Assembly (NCBI GenBank): GCA_031409275.1
Contig: JANNXA010000014.1
Location: 1 to 64,000, forward strand
Reading direction: 5' to 3'
DNA length: 64,000 nucleotides
Source of the DNA: Planctomycetota bacterium
Lineage (GTDB): Bacteria > Planctomycetota > B15-G4 > SIAN01
The notes beneath the pieces were generated by a model that saw only the letters and a program-made list of their open reading frames with translations, made no database searches and was not told where the DNA came from. Numbering within the stretch: position 1 is the first letter of the stretch; the number at the start of each line of letters is the position of its first letter. The translations under genes and the position numbers were made by a program. Below, piece after piece: positions 20,361 through 30,039 of the stretch.

Positions 20361-21134
20361 TCAGCTGCGGCCACGAGAGCTCCGTCGCGAGGCCGGTCGC
20401 GATCGCGCGCGGGGTGCGGCGAGTGCGGCGTCGGCATGCCATTCGAGGTGCAAATCGAGCAGCCGGCGGGCGCGTGCCAGCGTTGCCGGAAGCGGGTCCG
20501 CGAGCTGACGCAACGGCGTGACGGCGAGGTCGCGAATCAGCGCAGCCGTCCGCCCATCGATGGCGGCGCCTTCGTCGCGGCGTTCGAGGCAGCCGACGCA
20601 GACCACGCCGCCGGAGCCTGCCACGAATCGCGAAAGCTGGCGCGGCGAGCCGCAGCGCACGCACTGGTCGACGTCGGGTCGCAACCCGTGCAGATCGGCC
20701 AGACGTGCATCGAACGCCAGCAGCAGCAGCGGCAGGCGCGGCAACGCGACCGTCTCGATCGCCTGCAGCGCGCGATCGACCAGAGCGAACGCGCCGGCGC
20801 CAGCGCCGACCGGCTCGAAGTGCACCACGCGCCGCAGCAAGTGCGTGGCGGCGACGTGACGCGCGAGTTCACAGCGCAGCTTCGGATAGGCCGTCTCGAC
20901 CTTGCGCGAGAGCAGCAGTGCGAGCTCACGACCTTGCACCAGCGACAACGTGACGGTCCCGCGCACCAACAGGTCGAACGGTCCCTCGTAGCCGTTCTTG
21001 GCGCGCCACGCGCCGCGCGCCATCGCCACGACCCGCCCGAGCGCGGCAGTCAGCAGGTGGACGACCTGACTGCTCTCGCCGTAGGCGAAGCGCTGCAGCA
21101 CGATGGCTTGGGTCTCGACTCGCTCAGGCATCAC
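20361..21134 (-). CDS. recO: DNA repair protein RecO
   Basis: YGESSQVVHLLT...GRVVAMARGA N-terminus; CVRC...CVGC zinc finger. Confidence 0.9.
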   Translation of the reverse strand: MMPERVETQAIVLQRFAYGESSQVVHLLTAALGRVVAMARGAWRAKNGYEGPFDLLVRGTVTLSLVQGRELALLLSRKVETAYPKLRCELARHVAATHLLRRVVHFEPVGAGAGAFALVDRALQAIETVALPRLPLLLLAFDARLADLHGLRPDVDQCVRCGSPRQLSRFVAGSGGVVCVGCLERRDEGAAIDGRTAALIRDLAVTPLRQLADPLPATLARARRLLDLHLEWHADAALAAPRARSRPASRRSSRGRS

Positions 21135-21230
21135 TCGCCGCCGCCAGGTTCCGCCTCGCCGTCCGAGGTTGCGGGCGCGAGCTTAGCCGTGACCCCCGCG
21201 ACGGCACGCGCGGAGAGCGGAGGAAGTCGA

Positions 21231-22745
21231 TCAGCGCGCGGCGAGGCCGCTCACGCGACCGCCCAGCGCGAAGAAGCGGGCCGCGCCCTTGACGGCTCCG
21301 TCGCGCGGGTCGATCTCGATCCAGCCGAGGTGGTCATCGACCGACGCCGTACCCGGCTTGCTGGCCGCGAAACGGCGTTCGACGACGAAGAGCCACTCGC
21401 GGTCGCCCGATGCCACGACGCCGAGCTGTTGCACCGAACGCGCCAGCGAGGCGAACGGCTTGATCGGAATCGCCGCGGAGAAGCTCGGGTCGATCGCGTA
21501 GATCGCCGTCGTCTCGCCACTCGGGGAATCGGCCGAGGCGAAGAGGGAGCGACCATCGGCGGCGACGGCAAGTTGCGCGACACCCGCGAGGGCGAGGCGC
21601 GAGCGAACGCCATCGACGAGCGCCACCCGTTCGAGGGAACCGCCCTCGAGCGCGATGCAGGCCGCCGGCCCACTCGCGTCGCGAACCACCACCACCTCGA
21701 GCGGGCGCCCTGCGAGCGCGTGCTCGACGACGCGATCGCGGCGCGCGAGATCGACGACGAAAAGGCGCCCCCCCGGACGGCCGCCAAGGAACCGTGTCGT
21801 GCCCACCAGCCAGTCGCCGTCGACGACGCAATCGACGAGTTCCTCGCGCCCGCCGTCGGCGAGCGGCAGCAGCGTGATGCCGCGCGTCATCGACGAGCCG
21901 AAGATCAGTTCCTGCACCAGTCCGTCGCGTTCCGCGACGAGGACGCGGTGCGAATCGTCATCGGCGACGAGCCAGGCCGAGACCACGCGCGAGGTGCTGC
22001 GGCCGACTTCGCACGAGCTGAGCTCCGAACCCAATCGCGCGGCGTCAAGCATGCGAACGCGCAGAAGGGTGGCGCCGTCGCCGACGCTCTCGCGCGTCAG
22101 CGCGATGAACGCGGACTGATCTGGCGTGAGCGCCAGGTCGATCGGCTCTTCGCCGCGCGCGAACCCGACCGTGTCGCCGCGCTCGAGCGCCACGAGTGCC
22201 GCATCCTCGCGCACGATCGCGCCGTTGCCGTGAACCGCGAGCAGTCCGTCACGATGCTGACGACCTCGCCGCGCCTCTTCGAGCGTCTCCTGCTCGAAAT
22301 CGAAGCGCAGCACGCGCGTCGTCGAGTTGTCGCGCTCCACCACCATCCAGAGCAACGGCGGATCGCGCAGCAAGATCGAGTTCGAACCGACCACTTCGCG
22401 GCCGGCGGAGCTGACGCGCTCGACGACCGCCTTCACGGAAACCGCTTGGGTCTGCTGCAGCCAGGCGACGTCGTCGAGCACGAGGTAGGCGCCGCCAGTG
22501 GCATCCGCGACATCGGCGCCGAGCGCCGCGCTCACGCTGTCCTGGGCGCTTTCGACCGTCGCGAGGAGCACGACGGTCTCGCCGGGGCGCGCGCCGCGAA
22601 CGAAGAACGTGATCGCGCCGTCCGTCGTGCGGCGGTAGAGAATGAGCTCGTCGGCAGCGGTGGCGGCCGGAGCAAGGATCGACAGGCTGACGAAGATCGC
22701 CAGCGCGCGAAGCGAATGACGGAAGGAGTCGACCAAGCGTGTCAC
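21231..22745 (-). CDS. Secreted hypothetical protein, probable beta-propeller
   Basis: Signal peptide (APAATAA-DE); blade-like motifs DLALTPDQS and LAVAADGRSLF. Confidence 0.55.
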   Translation of the reverse strand: MTRLVDSFRHSLRALAIFVSLSILAPAATAADELILYRRTTDGAITFFVRGARPGETVVLLATVESAQDSVSAALGADVADATGGAYLVLDDVAWLQQTQAVSVKAVVERVSSAGREVVGSNSILLRDPPLLWMVVERDNSTTRVLRFDFEQETLEEARRGRQHRDGLLAVHGNGAIVREDAALVALERGDTVGFARGEEPIDLALTPDQSAFIALTRESVGDGATLLRVRMLDAARLGSELSSCEVGRSTSRVVSAWLVADDDSHRVLVAERDGLVQELIFGSSMTRGITLLPLADGGREELVDCVVDGDWLVGTTRFLGGRPGGRLFVVDLARRDRVVEHALAGRPLEVVVVRDASGPAACIALEGGSLERVALVDGVRSRLALAGVAQLAVAADGRSLFASADSPSGETTAIYAIDPSFSAAIPIKPFASLARSVQQLGVVASGDREWLFVVERRFAASKPGTASVDDHLGWIEIDPRDGAVKGAARFFALGGRVSGLAAR

Positions 22746-22917
22746 TCCGCGTTCATCGGTAGACGGAGAACCCCTGCTCAGGGGCGACCAGACGGGGGGA
22801 TGCTACCTCAATGCCCGGTCGACGCGCTCGCGGCGCGGTAACGCGCAGACGCTTGGGAAGTTTCGTCCGTGGGTGACCGGGGCGATCGGGCAAGACGTGG
22901 GCGCCGATCGAGGCGAA

Positions 22918-22992
22918 TGGAGCTGCTGGCGGGAATTGAACCCGCGGCCTCGTCCTTACCAAGGACGTGCTCTACCTCTGAGCCACAGCAGC
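22918..22992 (-). tRNA. tRNA-Thr(GGT)
   Basis: Reverse complement GCTGCTGTGGCTCAGAGGTAGAGCACGTCCTT-GGT-AAGGACGAGGCCGCGGGTTCAATTCCCGCCAGCAGCTCCA; cloverleaf with encoded CCA. Confidence 0.97.
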
Positions 22993-23044
22993 TTCGCGAC
23001 GAGCGCCAGCGATGGCGCACGAATCGATCAAACGGGACGAAATC

Positions 23045-23383
23045 CTATCTCTTGGCGTCGGGACCGAGGTCGATGGTCGGCCCGCCCGCGGACGGCGGTG
23101 GACCGCCGAACTCCGCATCGCGCGCCGCAACGCGCGCTTCCTTCTCCTGGCGGGCCTGCTCGACCAGCTTGTCGAAGTCCTCGGCCGGGATCATCTCGAG
23201 GGAGATCTTCCCCTCGAGAATCTCGCGCAGGGCGACTTCGATCGGGCCGCGCTCTCGCTCAGCGTGATCCACCACCGGCGGCGCTCCACGCACCAATTCG
23301 ATGATGCGCTTCTGCAACAGCACGGAGAGGCGGAATGCTCCACCCACGCGACGCTTGGCAGCCTCGATGCTCTTCAGGTCCAT
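23045..23383 (-). CDS. rpoZ: RNA polymerase omega subunit
   Basis: VGGAFRLSVLLQKRIIELVRGAPP...IEVALREILEGKI. Confidence 0.88.
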   Translation of the reverse strand: MDLKSIEAAKRRVGGAFRLSVLLQKRIIELVRGAPPVVDHAERERGPIEVALREILEGKISLEMIPAEDFDKLVEQARQEKEARVAARDAEFGGPPPSAGGPTIDLGPDAKR

Positions 23384-23472
23384 CCGGGTCTCGATCCTTG
23401 GCGACTCGGGCCCGTAGGGCCGTGGCGGCGAGCCTGTGAGTTGATCCGCACGCCCCCTAGGGGAAACGGCGG

Positions 23473-23501
23473 AACTTAGTGTTGCGGCGCCCCATTGGCA
23501 A
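23473..23501 (-). promoter_or_regulatory. Putative sigma-70 promoter for rpoZ and tRNA-Thr
   Basis: Minus strand TTGCCA-N17-TAAGTT about 90 nt upstream of rpoZ. Confidence 0.55.
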
Positions 23502-23521
23502 GGTGCTGCGAGCGCGCCGGG

Positions 23522-24904
23522 CTACTCCTGGACTTGATACTCCTTCAACTTCCTTTGGAGCGTGCGGAGGCTGATCGCCAGCGTTTCGGCCGTTTTGGTT
23601 CGGTTTCCGCTATTCGCTTTCAGCGTCGCGAGAATCGCAGCGCGCTCGAGTTCGCCCATCGTGAGCCCGACGTGGAACAGCCCGCCAGCACCCGTCGGCG
23701 AACGCTCCACGAGCGGCGCCGGCAAGTCCTCGATTCCGACCGACTCATCGATCGACATCACAGCCGCGCTCTCGACGACGTTGCGCAGCTCGCGGACGTT
23801 GCCGGGCCAGTGGTAGCCCGTCAGTCGCGAGACGGCCTCAGGAGTGAAGCGGCGCGGCGGAAGTCCGTTGTCGCGTACCGCCTGCTCGAGGAAGGTTCGC
23901 GCCAACAGCGGAACGTCTTCGCGTCGCTCCCGCAACGACGGCAACTGCAGCGACACCACCTTCAAACGGTAGAGGAAGTCTTCGCGGAACTTCCCTTCCG
24001 CCACACGCTTCTCGAGATCCTGGTGGGTCGCTGCGACGATGCGCAGGTCGACCGGCTCCTCGCGCGTCGAGCCGAGCGGCGTCACCGTGCGCGACTCGAG
24101 GACGCGCAGCAGTTTCACCTGCAGCGCTGACTCGAGCTCACCGACTTCGTCGATGAAGAGAGTGCCGCCGTTGGCCGATTGGAGCAGTCCCTGGCGCCTT
24201 TGCGCTGCGCCGGTGAACGCCCCTTTCTCGTGGCCGAACAACTCGCTCTCGAGCAAGGTCGCCGGCAACGCCGCGCAGTTGATGGCGACGAATCGCCCGT
24301 TCTTGCGCGGGCTGTTCTGATGGATCGCGCGCGCGACGAGCTCTTTTCCCGTGCCGCTCTCGCCGGTGATGAGCACCGTGGTCCGAGTCGGCGCAACCTG
24401 GCGAATGACGTCGAACACCCGACGCATCGGCGGCGAACGACCGACGAGCTGCTCGAAGCCATACGTGGCGTCGAGCTGCTGTCGCAACTGCGACACTTCC
24501 GCCTCGAGCGTACGGCGATGGATGAGCTCACCGAGGATGCGCAACAGGACCGTCGGATTGACTGGCTTGGTGACGTAGTGGTACGCCCCCTCTTTCATCG
24601 CCTCGACCGCAGAGTCGATCGATCCGTGGCCGGTGACGATGATCACCTCGCAGCTCGGGTTCTTGCGGCGCACTTCGCGCAGCACTTCGAGCCCCGACTG
24701 GCCGGGCAGCTTGAAGTCGGTGATGACGACCTCGGTTTCGGCGTCGACTTGCGCGATCCCCTCTTCTCCGCGGGTCGCCTGGGCGACCGCGTAGCCCTTG
24801 CCCTCGAGGTACTCGGCGAGAGCCTCGCGCACGGAGTCGTCGTCTTCGATGAGGACGATGGGCGCAAACAGTCGCGGGGTCGCGGCAGGTCCAGGGGTCG
24901 CCAT
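23522..24904 (-). CDS. Sigma-54-dependent response regulator (NtrC/AtoC family)
   Basis: Receiver domain (IEDD, ITDFKLPG, TKP), GESGTGKE, GAFTGA, FIDEV, WPGNVREL and Fis-type HTH. Confidence 0.95.
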   Translation of the reverse strand: MATPGPAATPRLFAPIVLIEDDDSVREALAEYLEGKGYAVAQATRGEEGIAQVDAETEVVITDFKLPGQSGLEVLREVRRKNPSCEVIIVTGHGSIDSAVEAMKEGAYHYVTKPVNPTVLLRILGELIHRRTLEAEVSQLRQQLDATYGFEQLVGRSPPMRRVFDVIRQVAPTRTTVLITGESGTGKELVARAIHQNSPRKNGRFVAINCAALPATLLESELFGHEKGAFTGAAQRRQGLLQSANGGTLFIDEVGELESALQVKLLRVLESRTVTPLGSTREEPVDLRIVAATHQDLEKRVAEGKFREDFLYRLKVVSLQLPSLRERREDVPLLARTFLEQAVRDNGLPPRRFTPEAVSRLTGYHWPGNVRELRNVVESAAVMSIDESVGIEDLPAPLVERSPTGAGGLFHVGLTMGELERAAILATLKANSGNRTKTAETLAISLRTLQRKLKEYQVQE

Positions 24905-24950
24905 GCGGTCTCCAATCGTGCGACAAAACGCCTGATCAGCCTCATGAGTA

Positions 24951-24965
24951 GCGACATTTAGTCGC
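24951..24965. promoter_or_regulatory. Palindromic GCGAC-N5-GTCGC site, candidate enhancer-protein binding site
   Basis: GCGACATTTAGTCGC, with further GCGACA/TGTCGC half-sites at about 24920 and 24990. Confidence 0.4.
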
Positions 24966-25011
24966 CATCTGACGCCAGGTCGGCCCATGTGTCGCGCCGG
25001 ATGACAATTCG

Positions 25012-25028
25012 ACCAACTTGCGTGCCAA
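25012..25028 (-). promoter_or_regulatory. Sigma-54 (-24/-12)-like promoter
   Basis: Minus strand TTGGCACGCAAGTTGGT versus consensus TGGCACG-N4-TTGC; -12 is GG instead of GC. Confidence 0.55.
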
Positions 25029-25181
25029 CCGGCGAAACGCGGAAACCTCCGCGTCTCACCGGCCCGCTGGAAAGGTCGTCTCAAGCAGCAGGCGATGGCC
25101 CGACGAAGGGGACGCGATGGGCCGACTCCGGCGGCGATTCCCGCCCGCCGAGCTGGCCTCACCATGGGATGCGCGTCCGGG

Positions 25182-28100
25182 ATGGCCTTCAAAGGCGACC
25201 TTCGCAACGTCCAACTGGCGGATCTCTTCCAGACCTTGGCGCAGAACCGCCAGGAGGGAGTGCTCACCGTCACCACGCAGGGTGGCACGCATCGCGTGCT
25301 GCTCAGCAAGGACGGCGTATCGCTGCTCGAGCCTTCCATTCTGGGACGTCGACGACTGGGCGAGATCCTGGTCTTCGCTGGCGTCCTGAGTGAAGTCGAT
25401 CTCGCCGCAGCGTTGCGCGAACAAGCGCGCAGCAAGCGCTTCCTCGGCGAGGTGCTGGTCTCCTCGCAGAAGGTCCCGCAAGAGACGCTCGATCGCATCC
25501 TCGCCATCCAGGTCGACGAGGAGATCTACGAGCTCTTCCGCTTCCAAGGCGGCACCTTCGAGTTCGCCGAAGGCGACGTGCCCTCGATCTTGCGGCGCGC
25601 CGCTCACAAAGTACGAGCACTCGCCGTCGAGCACGTCGTGCTTGAAGCTGCGCGACGGATGGACGAGTGGACCCGCATCGAGCAGCTCGTCCCCAGCATC
25701 GACGGCCTCTACCTTGCCAACTGCCCGCCGGACGCGGTCGGCGACGACGCTGAGGCACGGACGGTGCTCGAGCGGCTTGACGGCCGTCACACGGTCCGCG
25801 ACGTCGCCGACGCGCTCCTCGACTCGCCATTCGTCGTCGCCAAGGTGCTCGCGCGCCTCGTCGAAACCGGGCGTGCGCGCCAGGCCGGCATCGAAGAGCT
25901 GGTCCTCACCGCGCGCGAGCTGCTGACCGAAGGCCAGAAGGCGCGCGCGCTCCGCCTCCTGCATCGCGTCGCGCAGCTCTCACCGCAGCCGACGGCGTTC
26001 GACTCGCAGCTCGCCGACATGTTCAAGCTCGGCGGCGACCTCAAGGCCGCGGCGCTCGCCCGCCTCAAGATCGCCGAGACCGCGCGCGCCGCCAACAAGC
26101 TCGACACCGCACGCGGCGAACTCGAAGCGGCGCTGAAGGACTGGCCGGGCGCACCCCAACTGCTGCAGCCGCTGATCGCGGTGCTCCGCGAACTCGGCGA
26201 CCAGCCCAACGAGCTGCTGCGGGCCCGCGAACTCGGCGAGATCTTGACCGAGAGCGGCGCGAGCGACGCCGCTCTCGTGGTCATGGAGCGAGTGATCGAG
26301 CTCGCTCCCGACGACGCGGACGCGCGTCGCCGCTACTCCGACCTGTGCCTGCGCGCCCACATGCGCGAGAAGGCGATCGAGGTCCTCGAGCGCGATGCCA
26401 CACGGCTCAAGCGCGAGGGGCGCGTCGCCGAGCTCGCGGCCGTCTACAAGCGCATCCTCACGATCGACGGCGGCCGCAAGGACATCCGACGTGCGCTCGC
26501 CGTCGTCACTCGCACCAAGGCCGACCGGATCCTGCGATCGGCGGGTGCCGCTGCGGCCGTCCTGGCGGTACTGGCGCTGGCCGGATTCGTCGGCTGGCGC
26601 TCGCACCGGACCTCGCGCGCTCTCGCCGCGATCGATGCGGCAGGCGCGCTGCTGACCGCTGGCGACATCGAAGGCGCCCGCCGGGCCGTGGCGGAGATCC
26701 TCGCCGTCGATCCCATCCCCGCGATCGCCCAGCCCGCCCTCGCGCTCCTCGACCGCATCGACGACCACACCGCGAGTTCCACTCGCGACCGCCGCATCGC
26801 GCGCGACGAGCGCCTCTCGACCAAGCTCAACGCGATCCAGCTCCTGTCCGACGCGCGCCAGTACGACGTCGCGCTCGACGACGCGATCCACCTGATGCTC
26901 GACGAGACGGAGGCCTACCTCTCCGACCGCGTGCGCACCCGCGTGCAGGCCATCACGCAGGAGTTCCGCGCCCTCGTGGCGCGCGCGAAAGAGGCCGCTT
27001 CGTCCTATCGCGCACCGACGCGCGACAGCGAGGTCGCCGCTGCGTGGCAGCGCATGGACGACGCCTTCCCGCTCGCGCTGGCGACGTCAGCGCCGCGTGT
27101 CCGCGACGTCGCGTTCGAGGCCGCCCGTCGCGTGGAAGGCGACGTCCGGACCTGGATGCACGAACTGGTGAGCGCTGCCGAATCCTTCATTTCGCTCGAA
27201 CAGCGGATGCGCCCGGTCCTCGAGGAACTGCGCAAACGCCATGAACGCATCGGGGTGCTGCAGGAGCTTTCGACCCAGTACGTCGAGGCCGTGCGCGCCG
27301 CGGAGAGCGGCAACGTCGAGCGTGCGCGCGACCTGCTGCGCAAGGTGCTCGCCGAGTACGGCGAAGGCGAACTGGCCGCGCTGTTCCAGGAACGCATCCT
27401 GCGTCTCGACAAGGCCGCCGCCGCGATCAAGCGCGTGGACGCGCTGATCGCATCAGGCGACATCGAGGCCGCGAACCTCCAGGCGCACAAGACGGCGGAG
27501 GACTATCGCGACCTGCAGGTGCCGGCGACGCTGCGCATCCCCGTCTTGGTCGATTCGCTGCCGATCGGCGCGCGCGTCCGTATCGATGGCCGCGAACTCG
27601 GGACGACCCCGCTGGTGTTGCGCCTCGCGGCCGGGTCGCTCGCTTCGGTCGAGTTCATCTCCGGCGCGCGTTCGCCGCAACGGTCGACCATCGCGGCCGA
27701 CGGCCCGCCGCGCTGCGTGGTCGAACTGCCGAGGCGGACGATCGCCAGCGGCCCCCTTGAACTGCAGGCGCTGGCCGCGCCGATCTTCACCGCGGGCCGG
27801 TTCGCCGTGGCAGGTCGCGACGGCACGCTGCAAGACATCGCGCCCGCCGCCGGCGGATCCCTCGAAGCGCGCCTCTACAAGAGCGGCTCGCTTTCGGGCG
27901 CGCTCGCGGCGCCGCTGGCCTGCGACGACGGCTTCGTCGTCGCGCTGTTCGAAGGCAGCGTCCTGCGATTGCGCTGCGCCGAGGATGGGCTCGTCGAAGC
28001 CTGGGCGCGGCACATCGACGACGAGATCAGTACGACGCCCGTCGCATTCGACGATTCGATCGCCGTGGTCGGAGCGAGCGGACGCGTCTTCCTGCTGGCG

Positions 28101-28703
28101 CGCAACGACGGCAGCGTCCTCGCCGATCTTCCGCTCGGCCGTCGACTCGCCGGTGCACCTCTCGCGATTGGCGCGCGCCTCTGGGTGCCGCTCGTGGGAG
28201 GCCACCTCGCGGCGGTCGACGTCGCCGCGCGAAAGGTGGAGTTCGAGCGTTCGCTCGGCAGCGATCTCGTCGAGGGCCTCGCCCAGCAGGGCCGCCATTT
28301 CGTGGCCGCCACGGCGACCGGCGAACTCCTCCTCCTCGATCCTGCCGATGGCCATGTGCTCGGCAGCGTCAAGTTGGGTGACGTTCCCGTCGCCACGCCT
28401 CTTCTTGCCGACGGCTCCGCCTACGTCGCGCTCGGCAAGCAACTCGCGCGCGTCGACCTCGCCGCTCGAAAGGTGACGCGGACCTGGAAGGACCTCGCGC
28501 CGACCTCCGCGCCGTCGCTCATCGACGGCCGGCTCTGGTTGCCATGCGCGAACGGCGTCGTCCAGGTGATCGATCCCGACGGCGATGCGCCGCTCGAGCG
28601 CGCCCGACTCGGCAACGGCCCGCTCGCGGGCGCGCCGCTCGCCACTCCGCTCGGGATCGCGCTGCTCGCTCGCAACGGCAACTTCCTGCTGCTCGAGCGC
28701 TGA
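25182..28703 (+). CDS. DUF4388/MshEN-like - TPR - TM - PEGA - PQQ-like beta-propeller protein
   Basis: MAFKGDL...LADLFQTL...GVLTV and LEAARRMDEW (DUF4388-like), RLGEILV tandem motif, TPR-like helices, one TM, PEGA-like SLPIGARVRIDGRELGTTP, BamB-like blades. Confidence 0.8.
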   Translation: MAFKGDLRNVQLADLFQTLAQNRQEGVLTVTTQGGTHRVLLSKDGVSLLEPSILGRRRLGEILVFAGVLSEVDLAAALREQARSKRFLGEVLVSSQKVPQETLDRILAIQVDEEIYELFRFQGGTFEFAEGDVPSILRRAAHKVRALAVEHVVLEAARRMDEWTRIEQLVPSIDGLYLANCPPDAVGDDAEARTVLERLDGRHTVRDVADALLDSPFVVAKVLARLVETGRARQAGIEELVLTARELLTEGQKARALRLLHRVAQLSPQPTAFDSQLADMFKLGGDLKAAALARLKIAETARAANKLDTARGELEAALKDWPGAPQLLQPLIAVLRELGDQPNELLRARELGEILTESGASDAALVVMERVIELAPDDADARRRYSDLCLRAHMREKAIEVLERDATRLKREGRVAELAAVYKRILTIDGGRKDIRRALAVVTRTKADRILRSAGAAAAVLAVLALAGFVGWRSHRTSRALAAIDAAGALLTAGDIEGARRAVAEILAVDPIPAIAQPALALLDRIDDHTASSTRDRRIARDERLSTKLNAIQLLSDARQYDVALDDAIHLMLDETEAYLSDRVRTRVQAITQEFRALVARAKEAASSYRAPTRDSEVAAAWQRMDDAFPLALATSAPRVRDVAFEAARRVEGDVRTWMHELVSAAESFISLEQRMRPVLEELRKRHERIGVLQELSTQYVEAVRAAESGNVERARDLLRKVLAEYGEGELAALFQERILRLDKAAAAIKRVDALIASGDIEAANLQAHKTAEDYRDLQVPATLRIPVLVDSLPIGARVRIDGRELGTTPLVLRLAAGSLASVEFISGARSPQRSTIAADGPPRCVVELPRRTIASGPLELQALAAPIFTAGRFAVAGRDGTLQDIAPAAGGSLEARLYKSGSLSGALAAPLACDDGFVVALFEGSVLRLRCAEDGLVEAWARHIDDEISTTPVAFDDSIAVVGASGRVFLLARNDGSVLADLPLGRRLAGAPLAIGARLWVPLVGGHLAAVDVAARKVEFERSLGSDLVEGLAQQGRHFVAATATGELLLLDPADGHVLGSVKLGDVPVATPLLADGSAYVALGKQLARVDLAARKVTRTWKDLAPTSAPSLIDGRLWLPCANGVVQVIDPDGDAPLERARLGNGPLAGAPLATPLGIALLARNGNFLLLER

Positions 28704-28752
28704 CCCGATCGCGTGCCGGTCGGTCCGCGGAGCTCGAGCGTAGACTCCGGCG

Positions 28753-30039
28753 ATGCTCTCGACCGAAGAGCGGCGAGGACTCGGATGGACGCTGATCGGT
28801 GGCGGCGCATTGGCGCTGACGCTGCTGGTCTGGCTTGGCTTCTTCCGTGATTCCGCACCGACGCCGCCAGCCACCGCCGCCGCCGAAAGCCGATCGCCGG
28901 TCCTGCGCGTCGGCAGCGTTCGCGGCCGCATCGTCGACGCGAATCACGCCTTCGGACTCGCCGCGCGAACCGTCGAGGTGAGCGGCGTCGAAACGCGTTC
29001 GGACCACTACCTGGTGCCAGCGAGCGCGACCTCGCCGGGCGCGTTCGAGGTTCGCGCGCTGCCCGCCGGCACGATCGTGTTGCGAATGAGCGCCGACGGT
29101 TACGTCCACGTCGAGCGCTCGGTGGAGATCACCGCCGGTCGCGTCGCGGACCTCGGCACCGTCGCGCTGGTTCCGCTGGCGACGCTGGTCGGTCGCGTGG
29201 TCGATCGCGCCGGTGCGGGGATCGGCGCACAGCCGGGTGCCGTCGTGTTGCGCTGCGCCGGCCGCGAGGTCGCGCGCGCCGCAACGGACGAGCACGCGGA
29301 GTTTCGCTTCGATCGGCTCGACCCGGCGCTCTACGAGCTCGAGGTGCCCGCTTCGACTGGCGGCGATTCGACGCTCGCGCCGACCCTCGTCGACGCCCGC
29401 CGCGGCGGCGAGTGCGCCTCGATCGAGCTCGAGGTCTCCCCTTCCATCGCGTTCACCGGCCGACTGCTGCTGCCGATCGGAAGCGCGCCGGCACGCGCGC
29501 TGACGGTCGCGAATCGCCGCGTCGACGTCGGCGGCGATGGCCGATTCGCCGTCGACGATCTGCGGGCGGGGCCATGCGTCGCCACCATCGAGCTCGACGA
29601 CGGACGTCTGGTGAGCTTCTCGGCGGTGCTGCCAAGCGGCCCCGTCGAGTGGCGCGTCGACTCGCGCGTCGAGTCGCACGCCGACGAAACCACCGCGCCG
29701 GCCGACGCCCCACTGGCCGACGCCCCGCCGGTCGCGACCGAGTTGCCACCGCCCGTCGCGATTCCGGCGGGCGACGGCGAGCTGCGCGTGCGCGTGCGCG
29801 CCGGGGAGGTCGGTGGAGTCGCCACCTTCCTGCGTTTCGCGCGCGTCGACGCGCCCGATCAGTGGTTCGCGCAGGCGCTGACCACGCGCGGCGGCGAGGC
29901 GCGCGTGCGCGACTTGCCGTGCGGAGTCGCCTTGCGCGTGGAAGCGCTCTCGGGACGTTGGCGCGGGGTCGTCGAAGCGACCCTCGTGGCGGGCGTCGCC
30001 GCGGAGGCGCGCATCGTCCTCGCCGAGGATGCGCCATGA
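28753..30039 (+). CDS. Membrane-anchored carboxypeptidase-regulatory-like (Ig-fold repeat) protein
   Basis: N-terminal TM; repeats GSVRGRIVD, LVGRVVD...FRFDRLDPALYEL and DGRFAVDDLRAG. Confidence 0.65.
   Translation: MLSTEERRGLGWTLIGGGALALTLLVWLGFFRDSAPTPPATAAAESRSPVLRVGSVRGRIVDANHAFGLAARTVEVSGVETRSDHYLVPASATSPGAFEVRALPAGTIVLRMSADGYVHVERSVEITAGRVADLGTVALVPLATLVGRVVDRAGAGIGAQPGAVVLRCAGREVARAATDEHAEFRFDRLDPALYELEVPASTGGDSTLAPTLVDARRGGECASIELEVSPSIAFTGRLLLPIGSAPARALTVANRRVDVGGDGRFAVDDLRAGPCVATIELDDGRLVSFSAVLPSGPVEWRVDSRVESHADETTAPADAPLADAPPVATELPPPVAIPAGDGELRVRVRAGEVGGVATFLRFARVDAPDQWFAQALTTRGGEARVRDLPCGVALRVEALSGRWRGVVEATLVAGVAAEARIVLAEDAP

Noticed and set aside
22746..22917. Possible c-di-GMP riboswitch upstream of the 22745 gene
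   Set aside because: Only a superficial GGTCAC..GAAAC resemblance; the conserved GNRA loop/receptor and P2-P3 pattern could not be built.
23495..23510. Plus-strand sigma-54 site TGGCAAGGTGCTGC
   Set aside because: GG-to-GC spacing is one base short and it points into the end of an antisense gene; better explained as the rpoZ -35 box.
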